From Promethearchaeota archaeon (GTDB taxonomy: Archaea > Asgardarchaeota > Lokiarchaeia > Sigyniarchaeales > SOKP01): a stretch of DNA of 64,000 bases. The notes under the pieces are model-generated. The model did not search any database. It was not told the DNA's origin and saw nothing but the letters and a program-made list of their open reading frames with translations. Each line of letters starts with the position of its first letter. Positions within the stretch are counted from its first letter, which is position 1. Both the position numbers and the translations under genes were made by a program. Positions 8,579 through 18,456 of this stretch are shown piece by piece. The stretch spans positions 416,001 to 480,000 of the forward strand of contig JBHLOY010000002.1 in assembly GCA_048939995.1 (NCBI GenBank). Reading direction: 5' to 3'.

Positions 8579-8767
8579 CTATTTTGATTTTCGGCTCTTC
8601 TTATCTATGGAATTAACGACGAGATATTGAGCATTAGAGAATATAGAGATACCAATAAAGATTATTATGATAATGTTCAGTATAGTATTATTGTTTCCTA
8701 AAGTTTCTAATGCTAAAGCTATACAAAGAGAAATCATACCTAATACAATTAAATTTTCCTTTTTCAT
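8579..8767 (-). CDS. Small 2-TM membrane protein
   Basis: Two hydrophobic segments and a basic tail; GAGGAG upstream. Confidence 0.55.
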   Translation of the reverse strand: MKKENLIVLGMISLCIALALETLGNNNTILNIIIIIFIGISIFSNAQYLVVNSIDKKSRKSK

Positions 8768-8867
8768 ATCTAACTTAATCTCCTCTCTATTTCTATTAAT
8801 ATTATGGATTTCTCCAATAAAACTACTTTAAATTAGATATAAAAAGCTTTTCTATATAGATTGTAGT

Positions 8868-9671
8868 TTATAAATCAAATAATTCTTCTTTTAATTTTTT
8901 CAACTTCCTATAGAGGATATTTATTGAATTAATTGCATCAGAGTTTGAGTTAAAATCGAGAGGTGAAATTCCATTTAGATCTGCTTTCCCAATCTCTGAA
9001 TCAAATGGAATGGTGTGATAAAGAGGAATCTCCCAATTATCAATTATTCTGCGGATAGTATCGATTTGAGTATCATCTATAACTTTATTAGCTATTAAAT
9101 AAATGTTTATAACACCCAATTTTTTTGATAGGCTAATAATTTTAGAACATAAATCTAATGATTTTTGCGAAGGTTCAGTTATGACTAACATTACATCAAT
9201 CCCTTTTGCTGTGCCTCTCCCTAAATGTTCCAAACCCGCCTCAAAGTCAACAATAATAACCTCATCTCGTTTAACAAATAGATTGTAGAGTAATGTCCTA
9301 ATTAAAGCATTTTCAGGACATAGACATCCAGTAGCGGGTTCTTCGATACCTCCCAAAACTAATAATTGTAAGCCATCTGGACCAGAAACTTTAAACCTAT
9401 CTGGTATGTCAGAAACTTCGGGATTAATATTATAAACTCCAGGACCTGCTCCGGGAACAATGGTTCGTTCTTCTATCATTTGTTTCATTTCAGAGATCGG
9501 CACGATGTTCTTTTTAGTCTCTAAATCTATCCCTAATGTCATTGATAAATTCATCGCTGAATCATTATCAATTGCTAAAACTTTATACCCGTCTTTTGCA
9601 AATAACCGTGCCAGGGTTCCCGCAACTAAAGTCTTTCCTACTCCTCCTTTTCCAGAAACTGCGATCTTCAT
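8868..9671 (-). CDS. cooC: CooC/AcsF-type nickel-insertion ATPase
   Basis: GKGGVGKT, GCLCP, DFEAGLEHLGRG. Confidence 0.88.
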   Translation of the reverse strand: MKIAVSGKGGVGKTLVAGTLARLFAKDGYKVLAIDNDSAMNLSMTLGIDLETKKNIVPISEMKQMIEERTIVPGAGPGVYNINPEVSDIPDRFKVSGPDGLQLLVLGGIEEPATGCLCPENALIRTLLYNLFVKRDEVIIVDFEAGLEHLGRGTAKGIDVMLVITEPSQKSLDLCSKIISLSKKLGVINIYLIANKVIDDTQIDTIRRIIDNWEIPLYHTIPFDSEIGKADLNGISPLDFNSNSDAINSINILYRKLKKLKEELFDL

Positions 9672-9788
9672 TTGATTTAATAATTGAATGAGTAATATTA
9701 AATATTTAGTTTACAATTTTTAAAGAAAAACTAAATTCATTCTAAATATTAATAAGAATTTTCTATGTTCATTTATAAGATATTAAAT

Positions 9789-10049
9789 TTAATCGTTTCT
9801 ACCCATAGACTGCATACGCTTAGAGATTTTTACCATCTTGTTAAAAATTCTATCATTTTCCGAGGGATCTTTGCATGCTACTAATTTATCATTCAAAAGT
9901 TTGATCTCATAGGTTAGATCTATAAATTCTTTTGGAGGATTTAATTGATAGTAAAATTTTTTATTTCCATCTTGAGTCAATTCAATATAAACCCATTTTT
10001 CATCCATTTGAGACCAATTCCATCTATTTGGAGTTAATTGTCTAACCAT
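9789..10049 (-). CDS. Hypothetical protein
   Basis: 86-aa ORF filling an intergenic gap. Confidence 0.55.
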   Translation of the reverse strand: MVRQLTPNRWNWSQMDEKWVYIELTQDGNKKFYYQLNPPKEFIDLTYEIKLLNDKLVACKDPSENDRIFNKMVKISKRMQSMGRND

Positions 10050-10162
10050 AATTCACTTTAACTATTTTGTAGATTTGAAGGACAAACACCTGTTATTGTT
10101 TCTATTACATGAAAAACAGTATTTAATTCTTTTATTAAAAATATATTAACAGGTTATTATAA

Positions 10163-11587
10163 TTAAGATTCGCTAGCAAAAAGCTCGTTAAAAGCCTTTT
10201 TTGCAGTTTCGCGAACATCAACATCTTTATCTATTCTTAATTCATTTAACAAATCCTTTATCTCTATGGGATTATATTTCATTAAAGCTTTTATAAGATA
10301 TAATTTTACTATCCAATCGTTATCGTTAATCAGTCTTTTGAATGCTCCAAAAACTTTAGGACCTCCAATCATACTTAAATGCTTTATTGCTGCTGTCTTT
10401 TTTGCTCTTTGAGGATCATTTAAATTATTAATTAACAAATCTGTAATTTGATCTTGAGAATTTCTATCTAATAAATTAAACATATTCGCAAAAAGTTGGG
10501 GGTTGATCTGTTCTAAATTTAGTTTTTGCTGCATTAAATGAATTTTATTTTTAGTTAACGCTTCTTCTTCTTGTTCTTTCAATTTTATTAACATTTCATT
10601 TAGTTGTTTATTTTCATTTTGAATTTTTTCTAATTTAATATTGACAAGTTCTAATTCTTCTTCTTTCTGGCTCATAAGTTTCCTGTATTCACTTTCTTTA
10701 CTAATTTCAAGAGTCTTTATTCGATTTAACTCATTTTCAAGTTCATCATTGTGAAATTTTAAATTATCTGATATTGATGTATTTGTTAGTAAGGCATTTC
10801 TTAAATGTTCTTTTTCAGTTTCTAAATTATTTATTTTATCTAATAATTCAGATTTTTCACTAGGAGAAAAACTAGTTTGATTTGAGCCTTCTGTTTCAAT
10901 TTTTTGGTTTTCTTTTATTAAATTCTTATGAGCGATGTTAAGATCCTCTAATTCCTTACTAATACTCTGTTTGAGGTATTCAGATTCCTCCAGTTTAATT
11001 TTAAATTCTTGTAATTCAGCTTTTAATGCTTCTATTTTTACTCTATTTATCCCATTCTCCTCAGTAAGTTGAAAGATCACCTTTTTTGCATCAATTAGTT
11101 GTTGGGCCTTATCATCTAATTCAATTTGTTCTAAGCGTTTCATTTTTTCTTGAAAAAGTTCTAATTTTTCTTCCAAATCATTAATTATTGCTTTTTTCTG
11201 TTCGTTCTCCTCAGTTAATTGAACTACAACCTTATTGGTGTATATTAATTCTTCACTCTCTTCATTATAATTTTTAGCTTTCTCCAACTCAATAGTTATA
11301 TCTTCTAACGTTTGTTCTAAAATTTCGATATCTTTATCTTTTTTTATTAAATCTTGTTTTTGATTGGAAATCATTTCTTTTAATGTTTCGATATCTGCTG
11401 GTAAATCATTTTCATGAATCTCCTTAAGTTTTGCACGTTGATTTTGGATTATTCTTTTTTGCTCATTCACGGTAAATGTTAATCTCTGTACTTCTTCTTT
11501 TAAGTAACGAATGATTCTTTCTAAATCAGAGTGCGCACGATTCGCAGAGTCTATGGATTCAATTATATCTTTTAAATTTTTGCTCAT
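10163..11587 (-). CDS. Long coiled-coil protein with C-terminal HEAT-like repeats
   Basis: About 340 aa of E/K/L heptads, then L.DNDWIVK..IKAL and DKDVDVRETA..A. Confidence 0.7.
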   Translation of the reverse strand: MSKNLKDIIESIDSANRAHSDLERIIRYLKEEVQRLTFTVNEQKRIIQNQRAKLKEIHENDLPADIETLKEMISNQKQDLIKKDKDIEILEQTLEDITIELEKAKNYNEESEELIYTNKVVVQLTEENEQKKAIINDLEEKLELFQEKMKRLEQIELDDKAQQLIDAKKVIFQLTEENGINRVKIEALKAELQEFKIKLEESEYLKQSISKELEDLNIAHKNLIKENQKIETEGSNQTSFSPSEKSELLDKINNLETEKEHLRNALLTNTSISDNLKFHNDELENELNRIKTLEISKESEYRKLMSQKEEELELVNIKLEKIQNENKQLNEMLIKLKEQEEEALTKNKIHLMQQKLNLEQINPQLFANMFNLLDRNSQDQITDLLINNLNDPQRAKKTAAIKHLSMIGGPKVFGAFKRLINDNDWIVKLYLIKALMKYNPIEIKDLLNELRIDKDVDVRETAKKAFNELFASES

Positions 11588-11795
11588 ATTTTAAAAATTT
11601 ATTTTATAAAAGTTAAAAAAGTTTGAATTAAAAAATATTCACATTTTATAATCAGTTGATAGTATGTGAAGGTAAAAAACGTAAATGCCTCAAGACAGAG
11701 TAAATAGTAATATTTAAAAATATGTTTAAAATTTATTTCATTAGAAAATTATTTAAGATTTTAAAACTTCACTGCAAAAAGCTGGAGGTATATAT

Positions 11796-11996
11796 ATGAC
11801 AAATGAAGAAGTTCCTGATTTTGATATAAACCTTAGAGAGGATGAGGACGATTGGGACGATGAGGATGATTGGGATGAAGATGAGGAAGAAGATTTGGAT
11901 GATTACAATGATGGTGAGTGGGATGATGATTTTGAATATGATGACGATGATGACGATGATGACGATGATGATGACGATGATGATGATTATGACTAA
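11796..11996 (+). CDS. Hyperacidic 66-aa protein (46/66 Asp/Glu)
   Basis: GGAGGT Shine-Dalgarno upstream; mixed GAT/GAC codons keep the frame. Confidence 0.6.
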   Translation: MTNEEVPDFDINLREDEDDWDDEDDWDEDEEEDLDDYNDGEWDDDFEYDDDDDDDDDDDDDDDDYD

Positions 11997-12044
11997 TGAG
12001 GCTTAAATAAGAAAAAATTATTCATTTTTTTTAACTACATTTTT

Positions 12045-12521
12045 TTAAAGAATTTTAATCTCTCTGATAATATCTCCTTGAATAATTGAATCTACAACCT
12101 TTTGATCTTCTGGACCTGCTACTTGGCCAAATATAGTATGCTTATTATTCAAATGGGGTGTAGGGACGTGAGTAATGAAGAATTGACTGCCATTCGTATT
12201 AGGACCTGCGTTGGCCATTGCTAGCAATCCTGGTTTATCAAATCTCTTATTGGATTGAAATTCGTCGACAAAAGGATATTTAATTTGTTGCCCTTGATGT
12301 AGAAAAGAATCAATTCCTTTAGATCTGGGACTCCCAGTGCCATTTCCAAGAGGATCCCCACCTTGGATCATGAAATTTTTTATTACTCGATGGAATTTTA
12401 GATTATTGTAAAATCTTCTTCTTGCTAAAAAAAGAAAGCTAGCCACTGTTAATGGTGCCTCATTATCAAACAAATTCAGATTGATATTCCCCTTATCAGT
12501 TACAATAATTATTTTGGTCAT
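12045..12521 (-). CDS. Cyclophilin-type peptidyl-prolyl isomerase
   Basis: FHRVIKNFMIQGGDP, AMANAGPNTNGSQFFIT, HTIFGQV. Confidence 0.95.
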   Translation of the reverse strand: MTKIIIVTDKGNINLNLFDNEAPLTVASFLFLARRRFYNNLKFHRVIKNFMIQGGDPLGNGTGSPRSKGIDSFLHQGQQIKYPFVDEFQSNKRFDKPGLLAMANAGPNTNGSQFFITHVPTPHLNNKHTIFGQVAGPEDQKVVDSIIQGDIIREIKIL

Positions 12522-12657
12522 AGGTATTCTAAAATATCTTTTAATTAAAATTATGCTTCTATCTTGTTAATGCAAAATTAATTTATAAAAAATTTAAAGT
12601 TAATATAAATAAAGTATTTTCATAGATATATTAAATTCATTCAAATAAAGATTTAGT

Positions 12658-14829
12658 ATGACAGTCGATCACGATCTCTCTTACTTTTTTAGTCCAAAGA
12701 GTATTGCAGTAGTTGGAACAAGTCCTACTCCGGGGAAAGTTGGCTATAATGTATTAAAAAATATAATAGACTCAGGATATTCAGGGAAGATTTACCCTAT
12801 TCATCCTATAGCAAAAGATATTCTTAGTTGTAAGTCTTATAAAAGTGTATTAGAAGTTCCAAACGAGATTGATATTGCTATTATAGTAATTCCAGCTAAA
12901 AATGTCATTTCTGTTGCTAAAGAGTGTGGAAAGAAAAAGATTAAGGGTTTGGTAATAATATCTGCCGGTTTTAAAGAGATTGGAGGAGAAGGTATTCAGA
13001 GAGAACGAGATCTTATCGATATTGCAGTAAAATATAAAATGAGAATTATTGGTCCTAACTGTTTAGGCTTCATTGGAACTCAATATAATGGGTCTTTTGC
13101 ATCTAATACTCCCAAAAAAGGACATATTGCGATGATATCTCAATCTGGTGCCATGTTAACTGGGATGATGGATTATTCTATGGATCAAGCTTTTGGATTC
13201 TCATGCAATATAAGCTTAGGAAATAAAGCAGATCTTGATGAAGTCGACTTTATCGAGTATTTAGCGGAAGACCCTGATACAAAAGTTATTTTATGTTATT
13301 TAGAAAGCGTAGAAGATGGAGAAAAATTCCTTAAAGTGGTTTCTAAAGCTTCAAGAAAGAAGCCAATAATTATTCTGAAAGCAGGTATAAGTGAAGCAGG
13401 GGCAAGAGCTGCATCAAGTCATACTGGTGCTCTTGCGGGATCTGATATAGCTTATACTCTCGCATTTGAAAAGTGTGGGGTTTTACGAGCAAAAACAATA
13501 GAAGATCTATTCGATTATGGAGAAATTTTTTTATACCAACCCATACCAAAAAAGAATTCGTTTGCGATTATCACAAATGCAGGAGGTCCTGGTATTGTAG
13601 CTACTGATGCATTCGAACGTGAGAATTTGAAATTTGCTCAGTTTGCAGAACCTATTTTGCACCAATTACGAGATAAATTACCACCAGAGGCTGCTATATT
13701 CAATCCCGTTGATATCATTGGAGACGCAACACCAGAAAGATATAATTTTACACTAAAAACGATATTTGGTCTAAATTCAGAAATGAATTCAATAAAAATA
13801 GATCAAGAGGATATTACTACTTATGGAGCGTTAATTATTATGTCTCCTCAAGCACAGACTAAACCTGATGATGTTGCAAAAATTATACACAATTTATCTA
13901 AAGAGTATCTAACAGAAAAGCCAATAATTTGTTCCTTTATAGGGGGAGTTTCAGTCAATAAGGCTGTAAAATATTTAAAGCAACATCACATTCCATGTTA
14001 TCCCTTCCCTGAGCAAGGAGCACAATCTCTTAAAGTAATGGTTGATTACGGTGAGTATTTACAAAGTATACCTATAGACCAATTTAATGTCCCTCAATTT
14101 GATGTAAATAAAGATAGAGTTAAAGAAATTTTTCATAATGTTAGAAATGATGGCAGAACAGTTCTTTTAAGTCATGAGTCAAGTGAAGTATTCGAATGCT
14201 ATGGTATTAAATCACCAAAGTCAAAATTAGCCCAAACTCCCCGTGAAGCAATGAAATTACAAGAAGAGCTGGGATTAGCAGTAATGAAAATAGTTTCTCC
14301 CCAGATAATCCACAAAAGTGATATAGGAGGGATAATATTAAATATAGCATCCCCAGAACAAGCATTTGAGGCTTATATTCAAATTATTGATAACTCAAAG
14401 CGATTTGGCCCTCAGAATGCGAAAGTGTATGGTGTTGAAGTGCAAGAAATGATTGATTACAAAAAGCAAAAAAAGGTAAATGAATTAATTATTGGAATGT
14501 CACGAGACCCCCAATTTGGTGCTCTACTAATGGTTGGTTCTGGAGGAATTTATGCTAATTTTCTAAAAGACGTATCATTTGCTCTATCATATAAATTTAC
14601 TTCTGAAGATGCTAAAAAGATGCTTTATAACACTAAAATATTTAGTTTATTACAAGGAGTTAGAGGTGAAAGTCCTTCAGATACAGATGCAATAATTGAA
14701 GTTCTGTTAAAGCTTTCTCAACTAGTTAATGATTTCCCAGATATCATGGAATTGGATATTAATCCTCTTTTAAGTTTTATCCAAGGTTATTCTGCTGTTG
14801 ATATTAAAATTACAATCTCTCGTGAATGA
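12658..14829 (+). CDS. ADP-forming acetate/acyl-CoA ligase, fused alpha-beta
   Basis: CoA-binding N-terminus, GPNCLG, SQSG, SHTGALAG phospho-His, ATP-grasp HKSDIGG and ELDINP. Confidence 0.92.
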   Translation: MTVDHDLSYFFSPKSIAVVGTSPTPGKVGYNVLKNIIDSGYSGKIYPIHPIAKDILSCKSYKSVLEVPNEIDIAIIVIPAKNVISVAKECGKKKIKGLVIISAGFKEIGGEGIQRERDLIDIAVKYKMRIIGPNCLGFIGTQYNGSFASNTPKKGHIAMISQSGAMLTGMMDYSMDQAFGFSCNISLGNKADLDEVDFIEYLAEDPDTKVILCYLESVEDGEKFLKVVSKASRKKPIIILKAGISEAGARAASSHTGALAGSDIAYTLAFEKCGVLRAKTIEDLFDYGEIFLYQPIPKKNSFAIITNAGGPGIVATDAFERENLKFAQFAEPILHQLRDKLPPEAAIFNPVDIIGDATPERYNFTLKTIFGLNSEMNSIKIDQEDITTYGALIIMSPQAQTKPDDVAKIIHNLSKEYLTEKPIICSFIGGVSVNKAVKYLKQHHIPCYPFPEQGAQSLKVMVDYGEYLQSIPIDQFNVPQFDVNKDRVKEIFHNVRNDGRTVLLSHESSEVFECYGIKSPKSKLAQTPREAMKLQEELGLAVMKIVSPQIIHKSDIGGIILNIASPEQAFEAYIQIIDNSKRFGPQNAKVYGVEVQEMIDYKKQKKVNELIIGMSRDPQFGALLMVGSGGIYANFLKDVSFALSYKFTSEDAKKMLYNTKIFSLLQGVRGESPSDTDAIIEVLLKLSQLVNDFPDIMELDINPLLSFIQGYSAVDIKITISRE

Positions 14830-14893
14830 ATTAAGAAAATATAAAATATTAGATATATTTAATTAAAATGATAAAAGAAAGAAGGAATGAGTT

Positions 14894-15958
14894 ATGGCAA
14901 AGACAATATATTTATGCTCCTTAGCTGAGCATGTGGGAAAAAGTTTAATCTCAATAGGGATAATGTTAAAGCTACAAGAAGAAGGGAAGAAAGTAGCTTA
15001 TTTTAAACCTATCGGTATTCCTCGAGGAGCCTACTCAAATAAAGCTGATCGTGATGTAGGATTCATACAAGCTACTGTATTTAGAACCACATTACCCTAT
15101 GACATTATTAGCCCTGTTTCGATTCCAGATTGCTATTACGTCGATTTAATTGATGCAACAAAAAAAGAAGATTATTTAGATAATATAAAGAAGGCTTATG
15201 ATGAATTAATTAAAGAATATGAATATATCATTATTGAAGGAGCTCCAAGCATCAAAAAATATATTCGTGTTGGATTAGACGATTTAACTGTAGCTCAAAA
15301 ATTAGGGTTAAATGAGCTTGTATTTATACAAGCGGAATCATCAGATAAGTGTATTGACAACTTATTTTTCACTAAAAAATATTTCGAATTTAGAAATATG
15401 AAATTTAAAGGAATAATATTTAACAAAATTGATTACGATTATAAAGCTCGAATTGAAGAATTGCAGGAAAACCATATTAATCGTTATGAAATCCCAGTAA
15501 TTGGGTTAATTGAAAAAACCTTAGAATTATTAAGCCCCAGAGTCTCTGAAATTCAATTTGCAATAGGCGCTGAATTACTTAATGAACCTGCGAGAGGAAA
15601 TTTAAATCAAATGGTCGAAACGTATATTATTGCTGCTATGAATGTTCAAGCAGCTTTAAAATATCTAAGATCTGTTAAGAAGGCAGCAGTAATAACAGGA
15701 GGTGATAGGATTGATGTTGTGCTTGCAGCATTAAAGGAAGATGTAGTTGCCTTAGTCTTAACAGGATTTATTCAACCAGACGCAGCTGTGATAAGTGCTG
15801 CAAATGAAAAAAAGGTACCAATCCTATTAAGTCCCAGTGATACGTATACTACAATAAGAAATATGGAGCGAGTAAAACCGGGAATTCAAGAAGAAGAGAT
15901 TAATCTAGTGAAAGATTTAGTCAAGAGTAAATTGAATTGGGATTTATTATTGAAGTAA
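14894..15958 (+). CDS. BioD-like/DRTGG-domain protein (phosphotransacetylase N-terminal-like)
   Basis: VGKS, YFKPIG, IIEG, ITGGDR, LVLTG. Confidence 0.85.
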   Translation: MAKTIYLCSLAEHVGKSLISIGIMLKLQEEGKKVAYFKPIGIPRGAYSNKADRDVGFIQATVFRTTLPYDIISPVSIPDCYYVDLIDATKKEDYLDNIKKAYDELIKEYEYIIIEGAPSIKKYIRVGLDDLTVAQKLGLNELVFIQAESSDKCIDNLFFTKKYFEFRNMKFKGIIFNKIDYDYKARIEELQENHINRYEIPVIGLIEKTLELLSPRVSEIQFAIGAELLNEPARGNLNQMVETYIIAAMNVQAALKYLRSVKKAAVITGGDRIDVVLAALKEDVVALVLTGFIQPDAAVISAANEKKVPILLSPSDTYTTIRNMERVKPGIQEEEINLVKDLVKSKLNWDLLLK

Positions 15959-16023
15959 TTAATCTAATTTTTTAAAAAGTAAAAAAAAAGTAATTAAAAA
16001 TTAATTTTTCAAGTTATATTTCT

Positions 16024-16350
16024 TTAAGGAAACATCATCCATCCAAATCCAAGCAAGCCAAGAATAAAAGCACCTAAAAATACTATGATTATGATGCTTA
16101 ATAAAAGTCCGATTATTCCTAAGACTAATCCTGCTATTCCTAATCCCTTTGAGTCATCTTTTGCAATTCCTATTCCTCCAAAAATGATTCCTAGTGCACC
16201 AAAAGGAATACCTAAAAAGAATAACCAACATAGTACAAGGGATAAGATACCAAATATTAATCCAAGAATTCCAAAAACTTTTCCCATTGAACTCACACTA
16301 TATTTTTTTATACTCATTTCTAGTTGAAACGATGTTATTAATAATTGCAC
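16024..16350 (-). CDS. Small Gly-rich membrane protein (DUF4190-like)
   Basis: GLIFGILSL, GIIFGGIG, GIAGLVLGIIG. Confidence 0.65.
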   Translation of the reverse strand: MQLLITSFQLEMSIKKYSVSSMGKVFGILGLIFGILSLVLCWLFFLGIPFGALGIIFGGIGIAKDDSKGLGIAGLVLGIIGLLLSIIIIVFLGAFILGLLGFGWMMFP

Positions 16351-16379
16351 TAATACTATTTAAATATTTATGTTAACGG

Positions 16380-16393
16380 GGGAAATATTTCCC
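16380..16393. promoter_or_regulatory. Perfect 14-bp palindrome in a divergent intergenic region
   Basis: GGGAAATATTTCCC. Confidence 0.35.
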
Positions 16394-16508
16394 TCAAAAA
16401 AACCTTTCAAAAATTAAAATTGGCTAAAATTATTGACTCTTTTACCTATTCGACAAAAAAGTAAATTATAGTTTTAAATAGTTACACGTAGTTAATCAAT
16501 ATATACAT

Positions 16509-18077
16509 TTGGTGGTAATTTTGGAAAAGAATAGAGAAAATAAAAGTTTAATTGTTATTGGTGGAGGAATTACAGGTTTAAGCACCGCTTTAACATGGGC
16601 ACTTAATCATGATGTGAAAAAAGAACATGTTCTTTTAATCGAGAAAGAACCTAAAACTGGTGGTTATGTCACTTCATATGAAAGGGATGGATTCCTATTC
16701 GATACATGTCAAATGATTCCTAACTTATCTGACATCTTAAATTATCTCGGGATAAAAATTGACCTCAAAGCATTCACAGGTTATTATATGAGGATTTTCT
16801 TGGTGAATCCCAAGACTCAGGAAAGAAAAGTTCTTGAATTACCTTCCGGAGTAGAATTTTTTAAAAAAGAATTAATGCGAAAATATCCCAATAATGCAGA
16901 GCAAATAGAAAAATTCTTAGATTATTCAAGAGCAATGTATCTTGAATTATTTGACTTAAAAGTTGAACCAACTATTGGCGAAATCTTTAAGACTTTAATA
17001 AAATGTCCAAAAATCGTTAAAAACGGTTCTAAAACTTTTAAGAGTTATTTTGAAAAATTTGGTATAACTGAACCCGAAGTGATTGAAATATTTAATGTTT
17101 TTGCAGAATTTAGCGCCCTTCCAGCGGAGCAAGTAACATCGATTGTACCGATTTCTGCTATGAATTCATTATTAGATGGAGTTTTTCGTCCAACAAAAGG
17201 TTTCATCGAATTACCTAAGCAATTAGAAAAAAGATATCTTAGTTTAGGGGGTGAATTGCGTGTAAACACCAAAGTAAAAAATATTATTATTGAAAAGGGA
17301 ACTGTCAAAGGAGTTAAATTAGAAAATAATGAGGAACTTGAAGCTAATTATGTTGTAAGTACCATTGATCCTAAAGTCGCTATGAGAGATATGGTTGGAT
17401 TAGATTTAATTAGGCAATTAGATAAAAAATATGCAGATAAAGTCGAAGAGGTGAAGATGTCTTGTTCTTCAATAAATTTAAGCATTGGTTTGGATGACGA
17501 AGTCGATTTAGCGGCATTAGGTATGGATTGTGGCTATAATGTGATAACAACGGGAGAAGATACGTATGACCGATTGTTTGAGTATTATGAACGAGGGGAA
17601 ATCGGGTTTTCTGATACAAGATTTCATCTTGGAGTAGTTTGCCCTTCTTTAACCACTGGAGGAAAACCTAATATAACTGTTCGAATAACACCCGTAGCTT
17701 TAGCTGATTGGCAAGAATTAAGAGGAAAAAATCCCGAAGAGTATAAAAAACGAAAAGAAGAATGGGCCGATTTCTTTATTGATAAAGTAGAGAAGTATTT
17801 AATTCCAAATTTACGAGAGCATCTAAGAGTGCTTGATATATCTACTCCTGCTACTTATGCTCGTTACTCTGGATCTCCCACTGGCGCTATTTATGATATG
17901 GCTCCATATACCAATAACTTCGGTAGAACACGATTGAAAATGCGAACCCCTATAAAAGGATTATTTCAGCCTAAATTTGTTCACGGAGTTTTCGGGTGCC
18001 TCCTTGCAGGTTTACAAGTAAATGATATGATTCTAAATAGAAAAATTATGGATGGAAATGCTCGTTATAGAGCATAA
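16509..18077 (+). CDS. Phytoene desaturase/retinol saturase-family FAD oxidoreductase
   Basis: IGGGITGL, EK...GGY..S..RDGFLFD, STPAT..RY....GAIY. Confidence 0.85.
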   Translation: MVVILEKNRENKSLIVIGGGITGLSTALTWALNHDVKKEHVLLIEKEPKTGGYVTSYERDGFLFDTCQMIPNLSDILNYLGIKIDLKAFTGYYMRIFLVNPKTQERKVLELPSGVEFFKKELMRKYPNNAEQIEKFLDYSRAMYLELFDLKVEPTIGEIFKTLIKCPKIVKNGSKTFKSYFEKFGITEPEVIEIFNVFAEFSALPAEQVTSIVPISAMNSLLDGVFRPTKGFIELPKQLEKRYLSLGGELRVNTKVKNIIIEKGTVKGVKLENNEELEANYVVSTIDPKVAMRDMVGLDLIRQLDKKYADKVEEVKMSCSSINLSIGLDDEVDLAALGMDCGYNVITTGEDTYDRLFEYYERGEIGFSDTRFHLGVVCPSLTTGGKPNITVRITPVALADWQELRGKNPEEYKKRKEEWADFFIDKVEKYLIPNLREHLRVLDISTPATYARYSGSPTGAIYDMAPYTNNFGRTRLKMRTPIKGLFQPKFVHGVFGCLLAGLQVNDMILNRKIMDGNARYRA

Positions 18078-18095
18078 ATATATTGAATGGTAAAT

Positions 18096-18311
18096 TTACC
18101 ATGCAGAATGCCGTAGAATGGCATTAGTAGGACAAACTCCATCACATGCCAGACAATCCGTGCATTCTCCAATATTATCTGCCACAACTTTTCCATCTTC
18201 CAATCTATAGACTTCAACGGGACAAACATCTATACAATCCGCAGCACCAATGCATAAATCCAAATCAACTTCGACCCAATGGTCGTTATCCTCCCATTTT
18301 TTAATATTCAT
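18096..18311 (-). CDS. Dicluster ferredoxin
   Basis: CIGAADCIDVCP and CTDCLACDGVCP. Confidence 0.88.
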   Translation of the reverse strand: MNIKKWEDNDHWVEVDLDLCIGAADCIDVCPVEVYRLEDGKVVADNIGECTDCLACDGVCPTNAILRHSAW

Positions 18312-18456
18312 AATTCCATCTATAAAAGGAGATTATTTAAAGATTTCTCTTAAGTTTTCATTGATCTCATGAAAACAATTTAACAGCATTTAAATAAAAA
18401 GATGTGTAAATTAATATTAATAATCCAACTTTTAAAATTTAAGAGGGCATAAACCT

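Noticed and set aside
11938-11990. GAT/GAC microsatellite or CRISPR-like repeat
   Set aside because: In-frame poly-Asp codons; no repeat-spacer structure and no cas genes
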